Below, in pieces: positions 11,366-21,956 of a stretch of 64,000 nucleotides of DNA. The notes beneath the pieces are model-generated. The model searched no databases and was not told the origin of the DNA. It saw only the letters and a program-made list of their open reading frames with translations. The DNA comes from Fidelibacterota bacterium (GTDB lineage: Bacteria; Fidelibacterota; Fidelibacteria; Fidelibacterales; Fidelibacteraceae), in NCBI GenBank assembly GCA_034521145.1, contig JAXHMX010000002.1:65670-129669 (forward strand), read 5' to 3'. Position numbers and translations under genes: made by a program. The first letter of the stretch is position 1. Every line of letters begins with the position of its first letter.

Positions 11366-12703
11366 ATGATGGATCCAAAAAAACTCTCCATAGTGTTTTT
11401 TTGTATAATCATCCTTTTTTCATTTACTGCAGCGCAGGACACCGGTGATGCGCAGGATAAAGTTGCGCGGGCTGAACAATTGCTGGATGAACTGAATGCG
11501 CAGGCGGCAAAAGAATTGCTGGATGATGTTTTGGCGGAAGATTCCGTCAATGCGGAAGCTTTGTATACATATCACAAGGTTGAACTGATGTACGGAAACC
11601 TGACAGAAGCGCAGTCGCTGGTACGTAAAGCGATCGAATTTCAGCCTTCCAACCAGGAATACCGGGACAAATTTGATGAGCTGCGGGATATAATCAATCA
11701 GCTCAAGGATGCTCAGCGTGAAGTTGATTCCGGTAATTATGATGTTGCAAAACGTATTTTTAACGGATTGATCGAAAATAATCCCTCTATTGCCGAACTT
11801 TATTACCGCCTCGGTTTTATTGCCATCCAGGAAGAAAATTACGATGAAGCCAGGGAAAATTTTGACAGAGCAAGCATTCTGGCGCCGAATGTTGAAAAAT
11901 ATGCCAGAGCGAAAAATATTCTTGCCGGAAAGATACTTCAGGAGGCGCAGGTTTCTCTGAGCCGCGGCGACCTGAGTACCGCTCAGCACAAAACGGAAAC
12001 AAGTCTCCGCATCAATCCGGAATTCGGCTCCGCGTATGCTATTCTCGGTTATATTAAACTGAGATCAGGGGATATCAATGCAGCAATAGAAAATCTGGAA
12101 AAAGCGGTCCATTATAATCCCGACAGCCGTTCCTCCTGGTATAATCTCGGTAACATCTACCGGCGCAGACAACAATATAAGAAAGCCGAAGAAGCCTTAC
12201 TGCGCTCCATCGAACTGGATCCGAATTATTCCAAGGCATATACCGCTCTTGGACAAACATACCTGGCTGAGCGTGAATTGGAAAAAGCGGAAAAATATTT
12301 AAAAAAATCCATTGAGCTCAATCCCGATTCTCCTGCAGCCCGCGAAAGCTACGGGGAATTGCTGAATACTCAAGAGCGCTACGGTGAAGCGATCGAGCAT
12401 CTTACCGCCGCTGTAGAAATGATCAGGAATCCAAGGGATAAATATCTCACCAATTACCGCTTGGCCTTTGCCTATAACCGCTCCGGTCAGTACCAAAAAG
12501 CTCTGGATGTTGCAAAGGAAGTAACCAGTGCAAATCCGCGATTCGGCGGCGGGTGGTTTGAACGCGGTGTTGCCTATGCAAAAATGGGTGAAACACAGGA
12601 TGCTATCAATGCATTCAATAATGGACGCAGCGACAGGGACTGGCGCGGTATAATTGAACCGGAACGTGAGCGTCTGCTCACCGGAAAAGAACTGAGTTTC
12701 TGA
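11366..12703 (+). CDS. tetratricopeptide-repeat protein with N-terminal signal peptide
   Basis: Multiple TPR units (AxxxLGxIYxxxxxYxxAxxxxxxAxxLxP repeated about 8 times). Hydrophobic N-terminus. Confidence 0.75.
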   Translation: MMDPKKLSIVFFCIIILFSFTAAQDTGDAQDKVARAEQLLDELNAQAAKELLDDVLAEDSVNAEALYTYHKVELMYGNLTEAQSLVRKAIEFQPSNQEYRDKFDELRDIINQLKDAQREVDSGNYDVAKRIFNGLIENNPSIAELYYRLGFIAIQEENYDEARENFDRASILAPNVEKYARAKNILAGKILQEAQVSLSRGDLSTAQHKTETSLRINPEFGSAYAILGYIKLRSGDINAAIENLEKAVHYNPDSRSSWYNLGNIYRRRQQYKKAEEALLRSIELDPNYSKAYTALGQTYLAERELEKAEKYLKKSIELNPDSPAARESYGELLNTQERYGEAIEHLTAAVEMIRNPRDKYLTNYRLAFAYNRSGQYQKALDVAKEVTSANPRFGGGWFERGVAYAKMGETQDAINAFNNGRSDRDWRGIIEPERERLLTGKELSF

Positions 12704-12732
12704 TATAAAGAATACCACATTAAAGTAAAAAA

Positions 12733-12757
12733 GGCTCCGCATGGAGCCTTTTTTCTT
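12733..12757 (+). terminator. intrinsic terminator after the TPR gene
   Basis: GGCTCCGCATGGAGCC hairpin followed by TTTTTTCTT. Confidence 0.7.
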
Positions 12758-12949
12758 ATCTGTGTATCCGTTCGTCTTCAAAGGATCGGAAAAGCGTGAA
12801 AGCTGCATGGAGTAAATACGCCGCTAAGGAATGCTGCACGCCGGAGAGCAGAAAAAATATCACCTGTATGTGCGGACGGAAAAGCACAGGCGATTTTAAA
12901 CACTGCTTAGGCGGAAGAAAGACGCCCCTTGCAGCTTATGTCTCACAAC

Positions 12950-13384
12950 TTAATGCTCATGGAAATATGCATCTTCGAAAAGTGACAGCTCATATTTCAG
13001 ACGTGAAGGTTCCGCGAGGTCCGTCCCCTGCTTGCATTTCATTGCAGACACCAGTATCCGGTGTAAAAGTTCAAGTTTTGTGATGTAATCCGAATATCCT
13101 TTCTTATCTATGTCAACGGGTTTGATCCGCTGATGCAGGAAGTACTGGCTGATGATCTCCTGGATCTTTTCCGCATGCAGTTCTTTATTGCTGACCCAGC
13201 GGATCAGCTGGTTGTAATCCGGATGCTTGTCTTTTGAGATCCTGTTAATCTCATTCATGGATTTCTCAATGGTCTCCACATGTTCGCGGATCAGGGCAAC
13301 ACGCATGGAATCCCCGTAAATACCGCAGGGTATTTCACAATGTGCCATGAGCAAAGATGCGGAGGTCTGGCAGAGCAGAAACAC
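12950..13384 (-). CDS. sodN: nickel superoxide dismutase precursor
   Basis: A 14-aa leader (MFLLCQTSASLLMA) followed by the Ni-hook HCEIPCGIYGD (canonical His-Cys-x-x-Pro-Cys-Gly-x-Tyr). Size is consistent with mature NiSOD. Confidence 0.85.
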   Translation of the reverse strand: MFLLCQTSASLLMAHCEIPCGIYGDSMRVALIREHVETIEKSMNEINRISKDKHPDYNQLIRWVSNKELHAEKIQEIISQYFLHQRIKPVDIDKKGYSDYITKLELLHRILVSAMKCKQGTDLAEPSRLKYELSLFEDAYFHEH

Positions 13385-13732
13385 AGCAGGTCAGCAATAT
13401 TATCTTTTTCATAAACCTTTCCCTTACTTGTTGTTATTTTATCGGTTCGTAAACTTTTGGTGTTTTGGTTTCACCGCTTTTTTTCTCGCAGGTTTCCGGC
13501 AGGACCTGCGGATCCCGCGACTTGAACGATCCTTCTGAAAAACAGGAGAAAATCGCGATGTGGCTTTTCTGCCGGTCTTTCATAATTATTCTATTGTTAT
13601 ATAAAATATAAAGAAAAATCCGGCAAATGCTATCATTTTTTATGTCGCCGGAAACGCCGGTTTTTCCTTCTCTTTAAACTTGACCCAATTCACGTTGTTT
13701 TTTACTTTTTTTTAACTCTTTGACGATAATGG

Positions 13733-14452
13733 ATGTTTTTCATATATTCTTTTATGATAAAAGCAATAATACTTGATCTGGACAATACGCTGGTTGACTT
13801 TTCGCTACTGAAGAAACAGGCGGTCCGCGGAGGCGTTGCCGGCATGCGGGAAGCCGGTCTGCAGGCGGATCCGGAAGCGCTTTTCCGCCGGATCTTTGAG
13901 ATCTATGAAAAAAGAGGCTGGGAATACCAAACGGTTTTTGATGATGTGATAGCAGAATTCCACGGCAGTCACAATTTTAAGTATCTCGCAGCGGCGATCA
14001 CCGGTTACAAAAAAAGCCGCGAAGCTGCCCTGACGCCCTATCCGGGCGTATATGCGAGTCTTATCGCACTGATAAAGCAAGGAATTAAACTCGCGGTCGT
14101 TTCGGATGCGCCGGGCCGTGAAGCCTGGCTTCGTCTATATCAGCTGAACTTTCATCACCTTTTTGATGCGGTGATAACCTACAGCGACAGCGGAGAATTT
14201 AAACCCTCACCCATACCCTTTAAACTTGCACTGGACAAACTCGCTGTCCGTCCCGAAGAAAGCATGATGGTCGGGGACTGGGCCGAGCGCGATATGATCG
14301 GCGCCAAAAATATCGGTATGGTCACGGTTTTCGCGCGCTACGGAGATATTTTTAATACAAAGGACCATGGTGCGGATTACGAGATCGCAGGTTTTGACGG
14401 TATACTGAAGATCGTCCGTGAACATAACGGGGAGAAAGAAAAATGCGTATAG
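13733..14452 (+). CDS. HAD-superfamily hydrolase (HAD-IA)
   Basis: DLDNTL motif I, S/T motif II, K...GDW.ERD motifs III/IV. The start may be the internal MIKAIILDLDNTL (13754). Confidence 0.8.
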   Translation: MFFIYSFMIKAIILDLDNTLVDFSLLKKQAVRGGVAGMREAGLQADPEALFRRIFEIYEKRGWEYQTVFDDVIAEFHGSHNFKYLAAAITGYKKSREAALTPYPGVYASLIALIKQGIKLAVVSDAPGREAWLRLYQLNFHHLFDAVITYSDSGEFKPSPIPFKLALDKLAVRPEESMMVGDWAERDMIGAKNIGMVTVFARYGDIFNTKDHGADYEIAGFDGILKIVREHNGEKEKCV

Positions 14453-15989
14453 TAACAGCGGAAGCGGCGCAAAAAATAGATCATGACGCCATTAATGTCC
14501 GGGGAGTGCCCGGAGCGGAACTGATGGCCACGGCGGAAAAGCGGTGGCGGAAGCGGCACTGAAGATATGCAGGAGTGAAAAGATCACTTCGGTCCAGATC
14601 TTTTGCGGAAAAGGCAATAACGCCGGAGACGGTTATGTCGCCGCCGCCGAACTGAAGAAAGCGGGAATTCCGGAAATCGATGTTTTTGCCTTTGCAAAAA
14701 AAGAAGAGATCCGTGGCGATGCGGAATATCATTACCGCAGCATGTGTAAAACGGGCGTTAATCCCGTTCACATCAGCGATATCAGTATGCTGGAACCTCT
14801 GCTGAAAGCCCATAGCTGCTGGATCGATGCGATCTTTGGGATCGGCCTTAACCGTCCGGTGCAGGGGTCTCTCCGCGATGCAATGAACCTCATCCGTGAT
14901 CTTCATCAGGATCAGCCGGTACTTGCGGTGGATATTCCATCCGGGATCCACGGAACGAACGGACGTTTACTCGGACCCGCGTTAAAAGCACAGACAACGG
15001 TATGTATGGGTTTTTATAAATCCGGGAATTTTTTACAGGACGGGAAGGCGTATTGCGGAGATCTGCAGGGCGTTGATCTGGATTATCCCGTTGCTTCTTT
15101 CGAACACGCTATTCCGTCGATCATTCTTTGTGACCATGAAGAGATCATAAAACGTTTGCGGCCCGTAGCGGTGACGGGACATAAGTATACGATGGGACAA
15201 GTACTCTGTGTCGGCGGTTCGGCCGCCATGCCGGGCGCCGTGACGCTGGCGTCACAGGCAGCGCTGACATGCGGCGCAGGCATGCTGCGTGCATTCGTTC
15301 CCGGGAAAGTCAAGAATATCTTATTGCACCATCTTCTCGAAGCAGTCGTGGATATCGCCCACGATGAAAGTATCCTCATTGAGCGGGACCTGCCGCAACT
15401 GCGAAAACTGATGCGGGAAAAAAGTCGCGTTCTCCTCGCCGGTCCCGGATTCGGCCGAGCTCCGGAAAGCGGCAGACTGCTTCGTGCGGTCGCAGAGGAA
15501 TGTACTCTGCCGCTGGTCCTTGACGCTGATGCGCTTTTCCACTTACAACCGCAGCACATAAAAAAGATCCGCGGTCCGCGGGTGATCACTCCCCACGCCG
15601 GAGAATTCGCCCGACTTCTTCGAAAAGACGCCGACGAGGTGCTGAATGCGCCGCTTGAATACGCCACGGAATTTGCCGTCGAAAACGAATGTATCCTGCA
15701 TCTGAAAGGCAGCACAAGTCTGACAGCGCTGCCCTCCGGCGACGTGCATCTGCACGCCGGCGGAACGCCCGGCATGGCCACCGCCGGAAGCGGTGACGTG
15801 CTTGCCGGCATGATCGCCGCTTTTATTGCCCAGGGGCATTCTGCGGAAGATGCAACGCTTATTGCAGCGTATTATCACGGGAAAGCCGGTCAAGCAGCGG
15901 CCGAAACGCTGGGAAACCGTAGTACAACAGCATCCGCACTGATCGAATATCTGCCATTTGTCCTCAAAAAAGACGAGATACTTGTATGA
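14443..15989 (+). CDS. nnr: bifunctional NAD(P)H-hydrate repair enzyme Nnr (YjeF-N epimerase + YjeF-C dehydratase), frameshifted near the N-terminus
   Basis: The ORF 14544-15989 has GNNAGDG (YjeF-N) and the carbohydrate-kinase-like YjeF-C. The expected N-terminal ~35 aa (MRIVTAEAAQKIDHDAINVRGVPGAELMATAEK) is encoded from ATG 14443 in another frame. A 1-nt indel in an A-run at ~14530 separates the two. The start overlaps the stop of the upstream HAD gene. Confidence 0.8.
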
Positions 15990-16375
15990 ATTCCACTCCC
16001 CGCAGTTTTTTTTATTTTCTATTCACCGGATCGTATGCGATCTTTTTATTAACGTTTTTGCTGCTTCCTTCCGACAGCCTTCCTGAGCATAAAATTCTTT
16101 CTGCCGACAAACTCTGGCATATGCTTTCCTATTTCCTGCTTGCGCTGGGTTTGATGTTCTCTTTCCGGGAAGGCGGTTGGAAGCGCTGGTATAATCGCCG
16201 CTGGAGCCTTATTATTTCACTGGGTCATGCGGGTTTTTCCGAAGTATTGCAGGAATTTGTCCCCGGCCGCTCCGCATCTATTGACGACTGGATCGCCAAT
16301 TGCATCGGTATCGGACTAGCTTTGCTCGGTCTCAATCTTTTTCCGAAATTTTTTGAAAAATCTTCATCTCCCTGA
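15986..16375 (+). CDS. VanZ-like family membrane protein
   Basis: Small polytopic membrane protein. ATGA start/stop overlap with nnr. VanZ-like pattern (KLWHM..Y..L, DDWIAN). Confidence 0.5.
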   Translation: MNSTPRSFFYFLFTGSYAIFLLTFLLLPSDSLPEHKILSADKLWHMLSYFLLALGLMFSFREGGWKRWYNRRWSLIISLGHAGFSEVLQEFVPGRSASIDDWIANCIGIGLALLGLNLFPKFFEKSSSP

Positions 16376-16503
16376 CAGGAGACGGTAAGCGGCGATCGTT
16401 TTTTACCGTAAGAGTATTTTCCGTTTTATTCACACTTTCCGGGGCCGGAGAAGGTAAAACAATGACATTTTACGGTCTATTTCCGCCATTCGATCAGTGA
16501 TTA

Positions 16504-17346
16504 TCAGCTGTTCTTCTTCAGAATTTCCGCAGCCGGTGTTTCCAGGCATTCGGGATCAGTCAGGTACCTGCGGACAGCGGTCGCCAGCATGCCGCCCTGT
16601 GCACCGTCAAAAAGACGGTGGTCAAGTGTTGCGGATCCGGGCATGATCTTACGGATCACGATCTCTCCGTTACGCACAACGGGTTTTTCCTCGATTTTTC
16701 CGATAGCAATGATAAGGGGAATATTGGCAATGGGCATTAAGGCCGGGAAACCGTATTGCAGATCATGTGTTCCGATGTTGGTGACCATTGCGCTTCCGAA
16801 TGATCTGTGGGAAATATTCATGGATTTGAATTCATTACCCATGGTGATATGCCACCAGTGTACAAAGGAAAAAAGCCAGTTCCGGAACGGCCAGGGAAGC
16901 GAGGCCAGTACATTTTTCTTTGCGGCTGCACCTTCATCGTAATTTTTATCACGGGATCTTTCAACACGTTTATCCATTTCTTTGCTGATATCAAAAATAC
17001 TTTTGTGCTCAATATCCCGAAGAACGAATCCACTCATTTCATTCTTTCCGCCTTTATTGACGGCGGTATATAAACTGACATGATCACGGGCATAGATCTT
17101 TCCGCGTGAGATATAGGCGTTGACATCCGGGATATCCAAAGCTATCGCCCGCGCAATGGCCGCCATGGCGATCTGCGTAACCGTAATGCGTATACCTTTG
17201 TTTTTCTGTTTGCGGATATAGTCAAGTGCAGCATCCATTTCCACTTCAAAAGTTCCGTATAAACGGCCGTCGACGGACTTCTTATAAATGGCGGTGGCTG
17301 TGCGGCGCCAGGGAGTGTTGTAACGCAAGCTGGCTTTTTTTCTCAT
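16504..17346 (-). CDS. 2-oxoacid dehydrogenase E2-type acyltransferase catalytic-domain protein (stand-alone, no lipoyl domain)
   Basis: DHRLFDG active-site motif and E2 catalytic-domain architecture. Start chosen at MRKKASL after an AGGAG RBS. The track ORF extends to 17457. Confidence 0.6.
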   Translation of the reverse strand: MRKKASLRYNTPWRRTATAIYKKSVDGRLYGTFEVEMDAALDYIRKQKNKGIRITVTQIAMAAIARAIALDIPDVNAYISRGKIYARDHVSLYTAVNKGGKNEMSGFVLRDIEHKSIFDISKEMDKRVERSRDKNYDEGAAAKKNVLASLPWPFRNWLFSFVHWWHITMGNEFKSMNISHRSFGSAMVTNIGTHDLQYGFPALMPIANIPLIIAIGKIEEKPVVRNGEIVIRKIMPGSATLDHRLFDGAQGGMLATAVRRYLTDPECLETPAAEILKKNS

Positions 17347-17514
17347 TGTCATCTCCTGTGTTTTCTGAAATCTATACTTTTTCGCTCTATAAGAAAAGGA
17401 CTTTCTAACGGGAAAATATTTCCCTTCCTTTTCAAAATACCTGGTTTTTTTGTCCATAACAGCCTATATTTTTATAACACAGCTGGTTTTCTTTTTAATA
17501 AAACACGGGAGGGA

Positions 17515-18945
17515 ATGATGACACCCTGGAATTTAATACTTGATTTGAAAGAGGTTGTGCTCGATTTTACCTATTTGAGCCTTTTTCTTGTTGTGGGGAC
17601 ACTGTTCCGCCGCTATATCCCCTTTTTCCGCAAATACCTTATTCCCAACAATATTATTGCAGGGTTCATGGCTCTTTTTCTGGGTCCCCAGATACTGGGA
17701 GAACTCTGGCGCACACTCGGTCTTCCCGGTATGAGCGTTATCCCCTTTGACAGCGACCGCCTCGGCATCTATGTCTATCACCTTCTGGCGATAACCTTCA
17801 TTTCTATGGGATTGCGCAGGAAGAAAAAGCGTTTTGGCAAAGGACCCTTCAGCAAGGCCATGGCCTGCATTATGAGTTATGTACTTCAGGCAACTATCGG
17901 ACTGCTGGTCGCTTTCCTTCTGATCTATACCATTAAACCGGACCTTTTCCCCGGTATTGGTTATTTGCTGACGATGGGATACGGTATGGGACCCGGTCTG
18001 GCATATTCTATCGGACTCGGCTGGGAGCAGTACGGTTTTGAAGGCGGCGGTCAGGTGGGACTGACGTTCGCCGCGATCGGCTATCTTTTTGCTTTTTTCG
18101 GGGGTATCGGACTTATCCGTTTCGGGATCCGGAAAAGGAAATTACAGACCATCAGCAGCATGGATGATATTACTCACGATATTCGTACCGGTATTATTCA
18201 CGAGGAACATCATAAAAAGGAAAGTGCGGGTAAGCTTACAATGGCGCAGGAAGCCATCGATACTCTCTCCTTTCAACTGGCAATGGTTGGACTGGTTTAT
18301 CTGGGAACCTATGGGATAACCAAGCTGATAACCGGATGGCTGCCGCCGGATCTGGCCAATACACTCTGGTCCTTCCATTTTATGATCGGTATTCTGCTTT
18401 CCCTGCTGGTACGCAATGTCCTGGATAAAATGGGTAAAAGCTATATGATCGATGAGGGCTTGATGAGCCGCCTCAATGGTGTGGCTATCGATTATCTTGT
18501 CGTGGCGGCTATTGCCGCAATTTCCCTGCCGGTCCTGAGTGAATACTGGCTTCCTATCGTTCTTATGTCCGGACTGGGCGGACTGGGGACGATCTTTATG
18601 CTTTACTGGATCTCTTACCGTGCTTATGATGATTATCCCTTTGAGCGATTCGTTTCGGTTTTTGCGGAAATGACCGGCACCATAAATTCTTCCCTTACCC
18701 TGATACGGGTTATGGACCCGAATTTTAAAACGGTTATTGCCGATGACTCCATTTACGGTGCCGCGATCACTATCGGTCTGGCATTCCCGATGCTTTTCGT
18801 ATTGAATATTCCCACGATGTTCTTTTCGGATAATTTGTTTACCGGCTACTGGATATCCATTGCCATTATTCTTGTCTATACACTGTTTCTGGTCATCATC
18901 TGGCGGGCTGTCGGATACCTGAAATTCAAAAAACAACTGGATTGA
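17515..18945 (+). CDS. polytopic membrane transporter, possibly sodium/glutamate symporter GltS family
   Basis: About 12 predicted TM segments. The N-terminal region resembles GltS (KYLIPNNIIAGF...). Assignment is tentative. Confidence 0.4.
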   Translation: MMTPWNLILDLKEVVLDFTYLSLFLVVGTLFRRYIPFFRKYLIPNNIIAGFMALFLGPQILGELWRTLGLPGMSVIPFDSDRLGIYVYHLLAITFISMGLRRKKKRFGKGPFSKAMACIMSYVLQATIGLLVAFLLIYTIKPDLFPGIGYLLTMGYGMGPGLAYSIGLGWEQYGFEGGGQVGLTFAAIGYLFAFFGGIGLIRFGIRKRKLQTISSMDDITHDIRTGIIHEEHHKKESAGKLTMAQEAIDTLSFQLAMVGLVYLGTYGITKLITGWLPPDLANTLWSFHFMIGILLSLLVRNVLDKMGKSYMIDEGLMSRLNGVAIDYLVVAAIAAISLPVLSEYWLPIVLMSGLGGLGTIFMLYWISYRAYDDYPFERFVSVFAEMTGTINSSLTLIRVMDPNFKTVIADDSIYGAAITIGLAFPMLFVLNIPTMFFSDNLFTGYWISIAIILVYTLFLVIIWRAVGYLKFKKQLD

Positions 18946-19146
18946 TCAGGGACTACCCTGTTGCCAATGAACACACCGGGTTGTTCATCCGGGGATTGCC
19001 GATCTGCCGTATATTGCCGTGTTCCATTATATATGTGCGCCCCCGGTGCTCAGGGAAGATCCGTCTGAAGAATATTTCTGTGATTTTTTTATTCGCAAAA
19101 GATACTTAAATTTGCTACATTCCGGTGAAAGATTGATATCTTAACT

Positions 19147-19773
19147 ATGAAACATAAATTTATCGGTATTGCAGGAAATATTGGCGTCGGGAAAACCACT
19201 TTCACTAATTTACTGTGCAAACGTTTTGACTGGGACCCGCATTATGAGATCGTTGTTGATAATCCCTATTTGAAGGATTTTTATCACGATATGCTGCGCT
19301 GGAGCTTTAATCTTCAGATCTATTTTCTCTCCAAGCGCTTTCAGGTGCAAAAAAAGATCCAGCAGCTTACGGATACCATCGTTCAGGACCGGACGATCTA
19401 TGAAGATGCCAAGATCTTTGCACGCAGTATTCATGATATGAAAAAAATGGATGACCGTGACTGGGAAAATTATCAGGAATTATTCAAAGAAATGACTTCC
19501 TATCTGCGTCCGCCGGACCTCATTGTCTATCTGAAAGCCTCTACGGATTCCCTGATCTCACGCATTAAAAAACGCGGTCGCGACTACGAACAGAACATTG
19601 ATCCGGAATATCTGCATCGTCTGAATATTTATTACGACCGCTGGATCAATGAACTGCTGGAAAGCGGAGAGATCCCGGTATTAGTCATTAATACCGACGG
19701 AAAGGATTTTCTTTCCGATGACAACTACTGTGAGAAGATCTACCGGGAAATATATCAAAAATTAAATTCATGA
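19147..19773 (+). CDS. deoxynucleoside kinase (dAK/dGK/dCK family)
   Basis: P-loop GNIGVGKTT, the ERS/DRTIYED-like motif and LID region typical of the dNK family. Confidence 0.85.
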   Translation: MKHKFIGIAGNIGVGKTTFTNLLCKRFDWDPHYEIVVDNPYLKDFYHDMLRWSFNLQIYFLSKRFQVQKKIQQLTDTIVQDRTIYEDAKIFARSIHDMKKMDDRDWENYQELFKEMTSYLRPPDLIVYLKASTDSLISRIKKRGRDYEQNIDPEYLHRLNIYYDRWINELLESGEIPVLVINTDGKDFLSDDNYCEKIYREIYQKLNS

Positions 19774-19780
19774 GGTTAAT

Positions 19781-20849
19781 GATGAAAATCACAAAACGCT
19801 CCGAAAGCAAACTGCCGGAAATTGACTTTAATAATCTGGGCTTTGGTAAGTATTACAGCGATCATATGCTTGTAAAATTCTATGAAAAGGGAGAGTGGAA
19901 AGATTCCGAGATCGTCCCGTATGAAAATTTTATCATCAGTCCCGCCAACATCACCCTGCACTACGGGCAAAGTATTTTTGAGGGGATGAAAGCTTTTCGC
20001 GGTGAGGATGGTATTGTCCGCCTTTTTCGTCCCGAAGAAAATATCGCCCGCTTGAACCGTTCCGCCGAGCGCATGGCAATTCCACAGTTTGATGAAGAAA
20101 AGGCGCTTGCGGAGCTTATTGAGCTGGTGACGCTGGACCAGGATTTCACACCCCCGCATCTGGGTTCCTCATTGTATATCCGTCCCTTTATTTTTGCCAC
20201 GGATCCTACACTTGGTGTAAAGATAAGCGATACCTACCGTTATATGATCATAACAACACCTGTCGATGCGTATTACGGAAAAAAGCTTCAGACCCTGAGC
20301 ATTTATGCCACAAAATATTTTACCCGCGCCGCACTTGGCGGTACGGGCCATGTGAAGGCATCCGCAAATTATGCCGCCAGCCTGTATGCCGCAAAAAAAG
20401 CCCAGGAAAAAGGATATAAACAGATCATGTGGCTGGATGCCAGAGAGCATAAGTATGTCGATGAGGTCGGCACCATGAATATTATGTTCGTTATTAACGA
20501 TACTCTCATTACTCCCACCCTTAAGCAGGGCACCATACTTGAGGGCATTACCCGGAAAAGCGTTCTGCAGCTTGCAAAAGAGCTGGGCTGGAAAACCGAA
20601 GAGCGCCGCATTTCTTTCAAGGAGATCATTAAGGCTTCCAAAAAAGGGAAACTTCAGGAATGTTTCGGGACCGGCACTGCAGCGACTATCGCACCGGTCG
20701 GCCGGATCGGCCATGATGACGGGGAAGATATTATCGTAAACAATAATGAAGTTGGACCCTATGCGAAAAAGATCTATGATGAACTTCTGGGCATCCAGTA
20801 CGGAAAAATAAAAGACCGCCATGGCTGGACGGTGGAAATAAAGAAATAG
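19781..20849 (+). CDS. ilvE: branched-chain amino acid aminotransferase
   Basis: Fold-type IV aminotransferase, BCAT-like, full length (~355 aa), with the characteristic Lys region. Confidence 0.85.
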
Positions 20850-20878
20850 ACCATTGATAATAACGGCTCGGAAATACT

Positions 20879-21899
20879 ATGATCGATCCGCATGTACATC
20901 TTCGGGATGGAGAAGAACGGCATAAGGAAACCGTTCGGCATGGTCTGATGCTTGCCGGAAAACTCGGACTGAGTGCCGTATTCGATATGCCCAATACCCG
21001 CCCGCCGGTTCTGCGCCGGGATGACGTTCTTCGCAGACTTGCCACGGCGAAGGCCGCCGCAGGCAATGTGTTTTACGGTTTATACTGCGGGTTGACCGCT
21101 GATCCCGAACAGGTCGCCGGCGCCGTAGATTGTGTGCGGGAGTTTGAACAGGTTGTGGGACTGAAGCTTTACGCCGGCCAGTCGACGGGGAATCTTGCCG
21201 TTCCGGATAGCAGCTCGCAGAAAAAAATATTCCGTATGCTTGCGGAAAAGAATTATCGCGGCGTCTTGGCGGTTCACTGCGAATCCGAAGAATTCTTTCA
21301 GCCCGAATTGTGGGACCGGGATCATCCTCTGACCCACACGATGGTGCGCCCCCCGGCTTCGGAGTTGCATGCAGTTAACACGATCCTCGAAACGGCAATA
21401 CAGAATTCTTTCGAAGGCATACTGCATATCTGTCATATTTCCCTTCCCGAAAGCGTGAAAATGCTCGAGATCGCCCGTGAAAAAGCGGATTTTCCCATTA
21501 CCTGCGGGGCAACACCGCATCATCTGCTCCTGCACGATATGATGATGGAGAACCCGGAAGGTCTGCTCCTGAAAATTAATCCGCCGCTCAGGAGCAAAAA
21601 GGACCGGGAGGGACTGATGCAGCTGCTGCTTCAGGGCCGTATCGACTGGATCGAAACGGACCACGCCCCGCATCTGAAAAGAAAAACTCGGAGAACCTTA
21701 CGCCTCCGGTGTGCCCGGCTTCCCCGTTTTGCCGCATTTAATACGTGTCCTCCGCGAGCAGGGCGCAGATGATTCTCTGATCAGAAGGATCACGCATGAA
21801 CGGATCTGTTCCGTATTCGGGCTCTCTTTCCCCTACCGGGAAGTCAACAATATTGATATCTTTGATGAATATGAGGTAAATGCTTATAAAATGCTGTGA
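20879..21899 (+). CDS. pyrC: dihydroorotase (frameshifted)
   Basis: DPHVHLRD and PNTRPP motifs. The ORF 20879-21772 ends in out-of-frame residues after TDHAPH. The conserved C-terminus (GVPGFPVLPHLI...) continues in the other frame (21711-21899). A 1-nt insertion in an A-run at ~21676 explains the break. Confidence 0.75.
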
Positions 21900-21956
21900 C
21901 AGCCGGTTTCACAGTTAAAATATATCCGTAACAATTTTTCACAGGCAGGAGGGAAA

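Noticed and set aside
15083-15811. 242-aa minus-strand ORF within nnr
   Set aside because: It is antisense to a well-supported gene. Its composition (Ala/Arg/Ser/Pro-rich) is typical of a GC-rich shadow frame.
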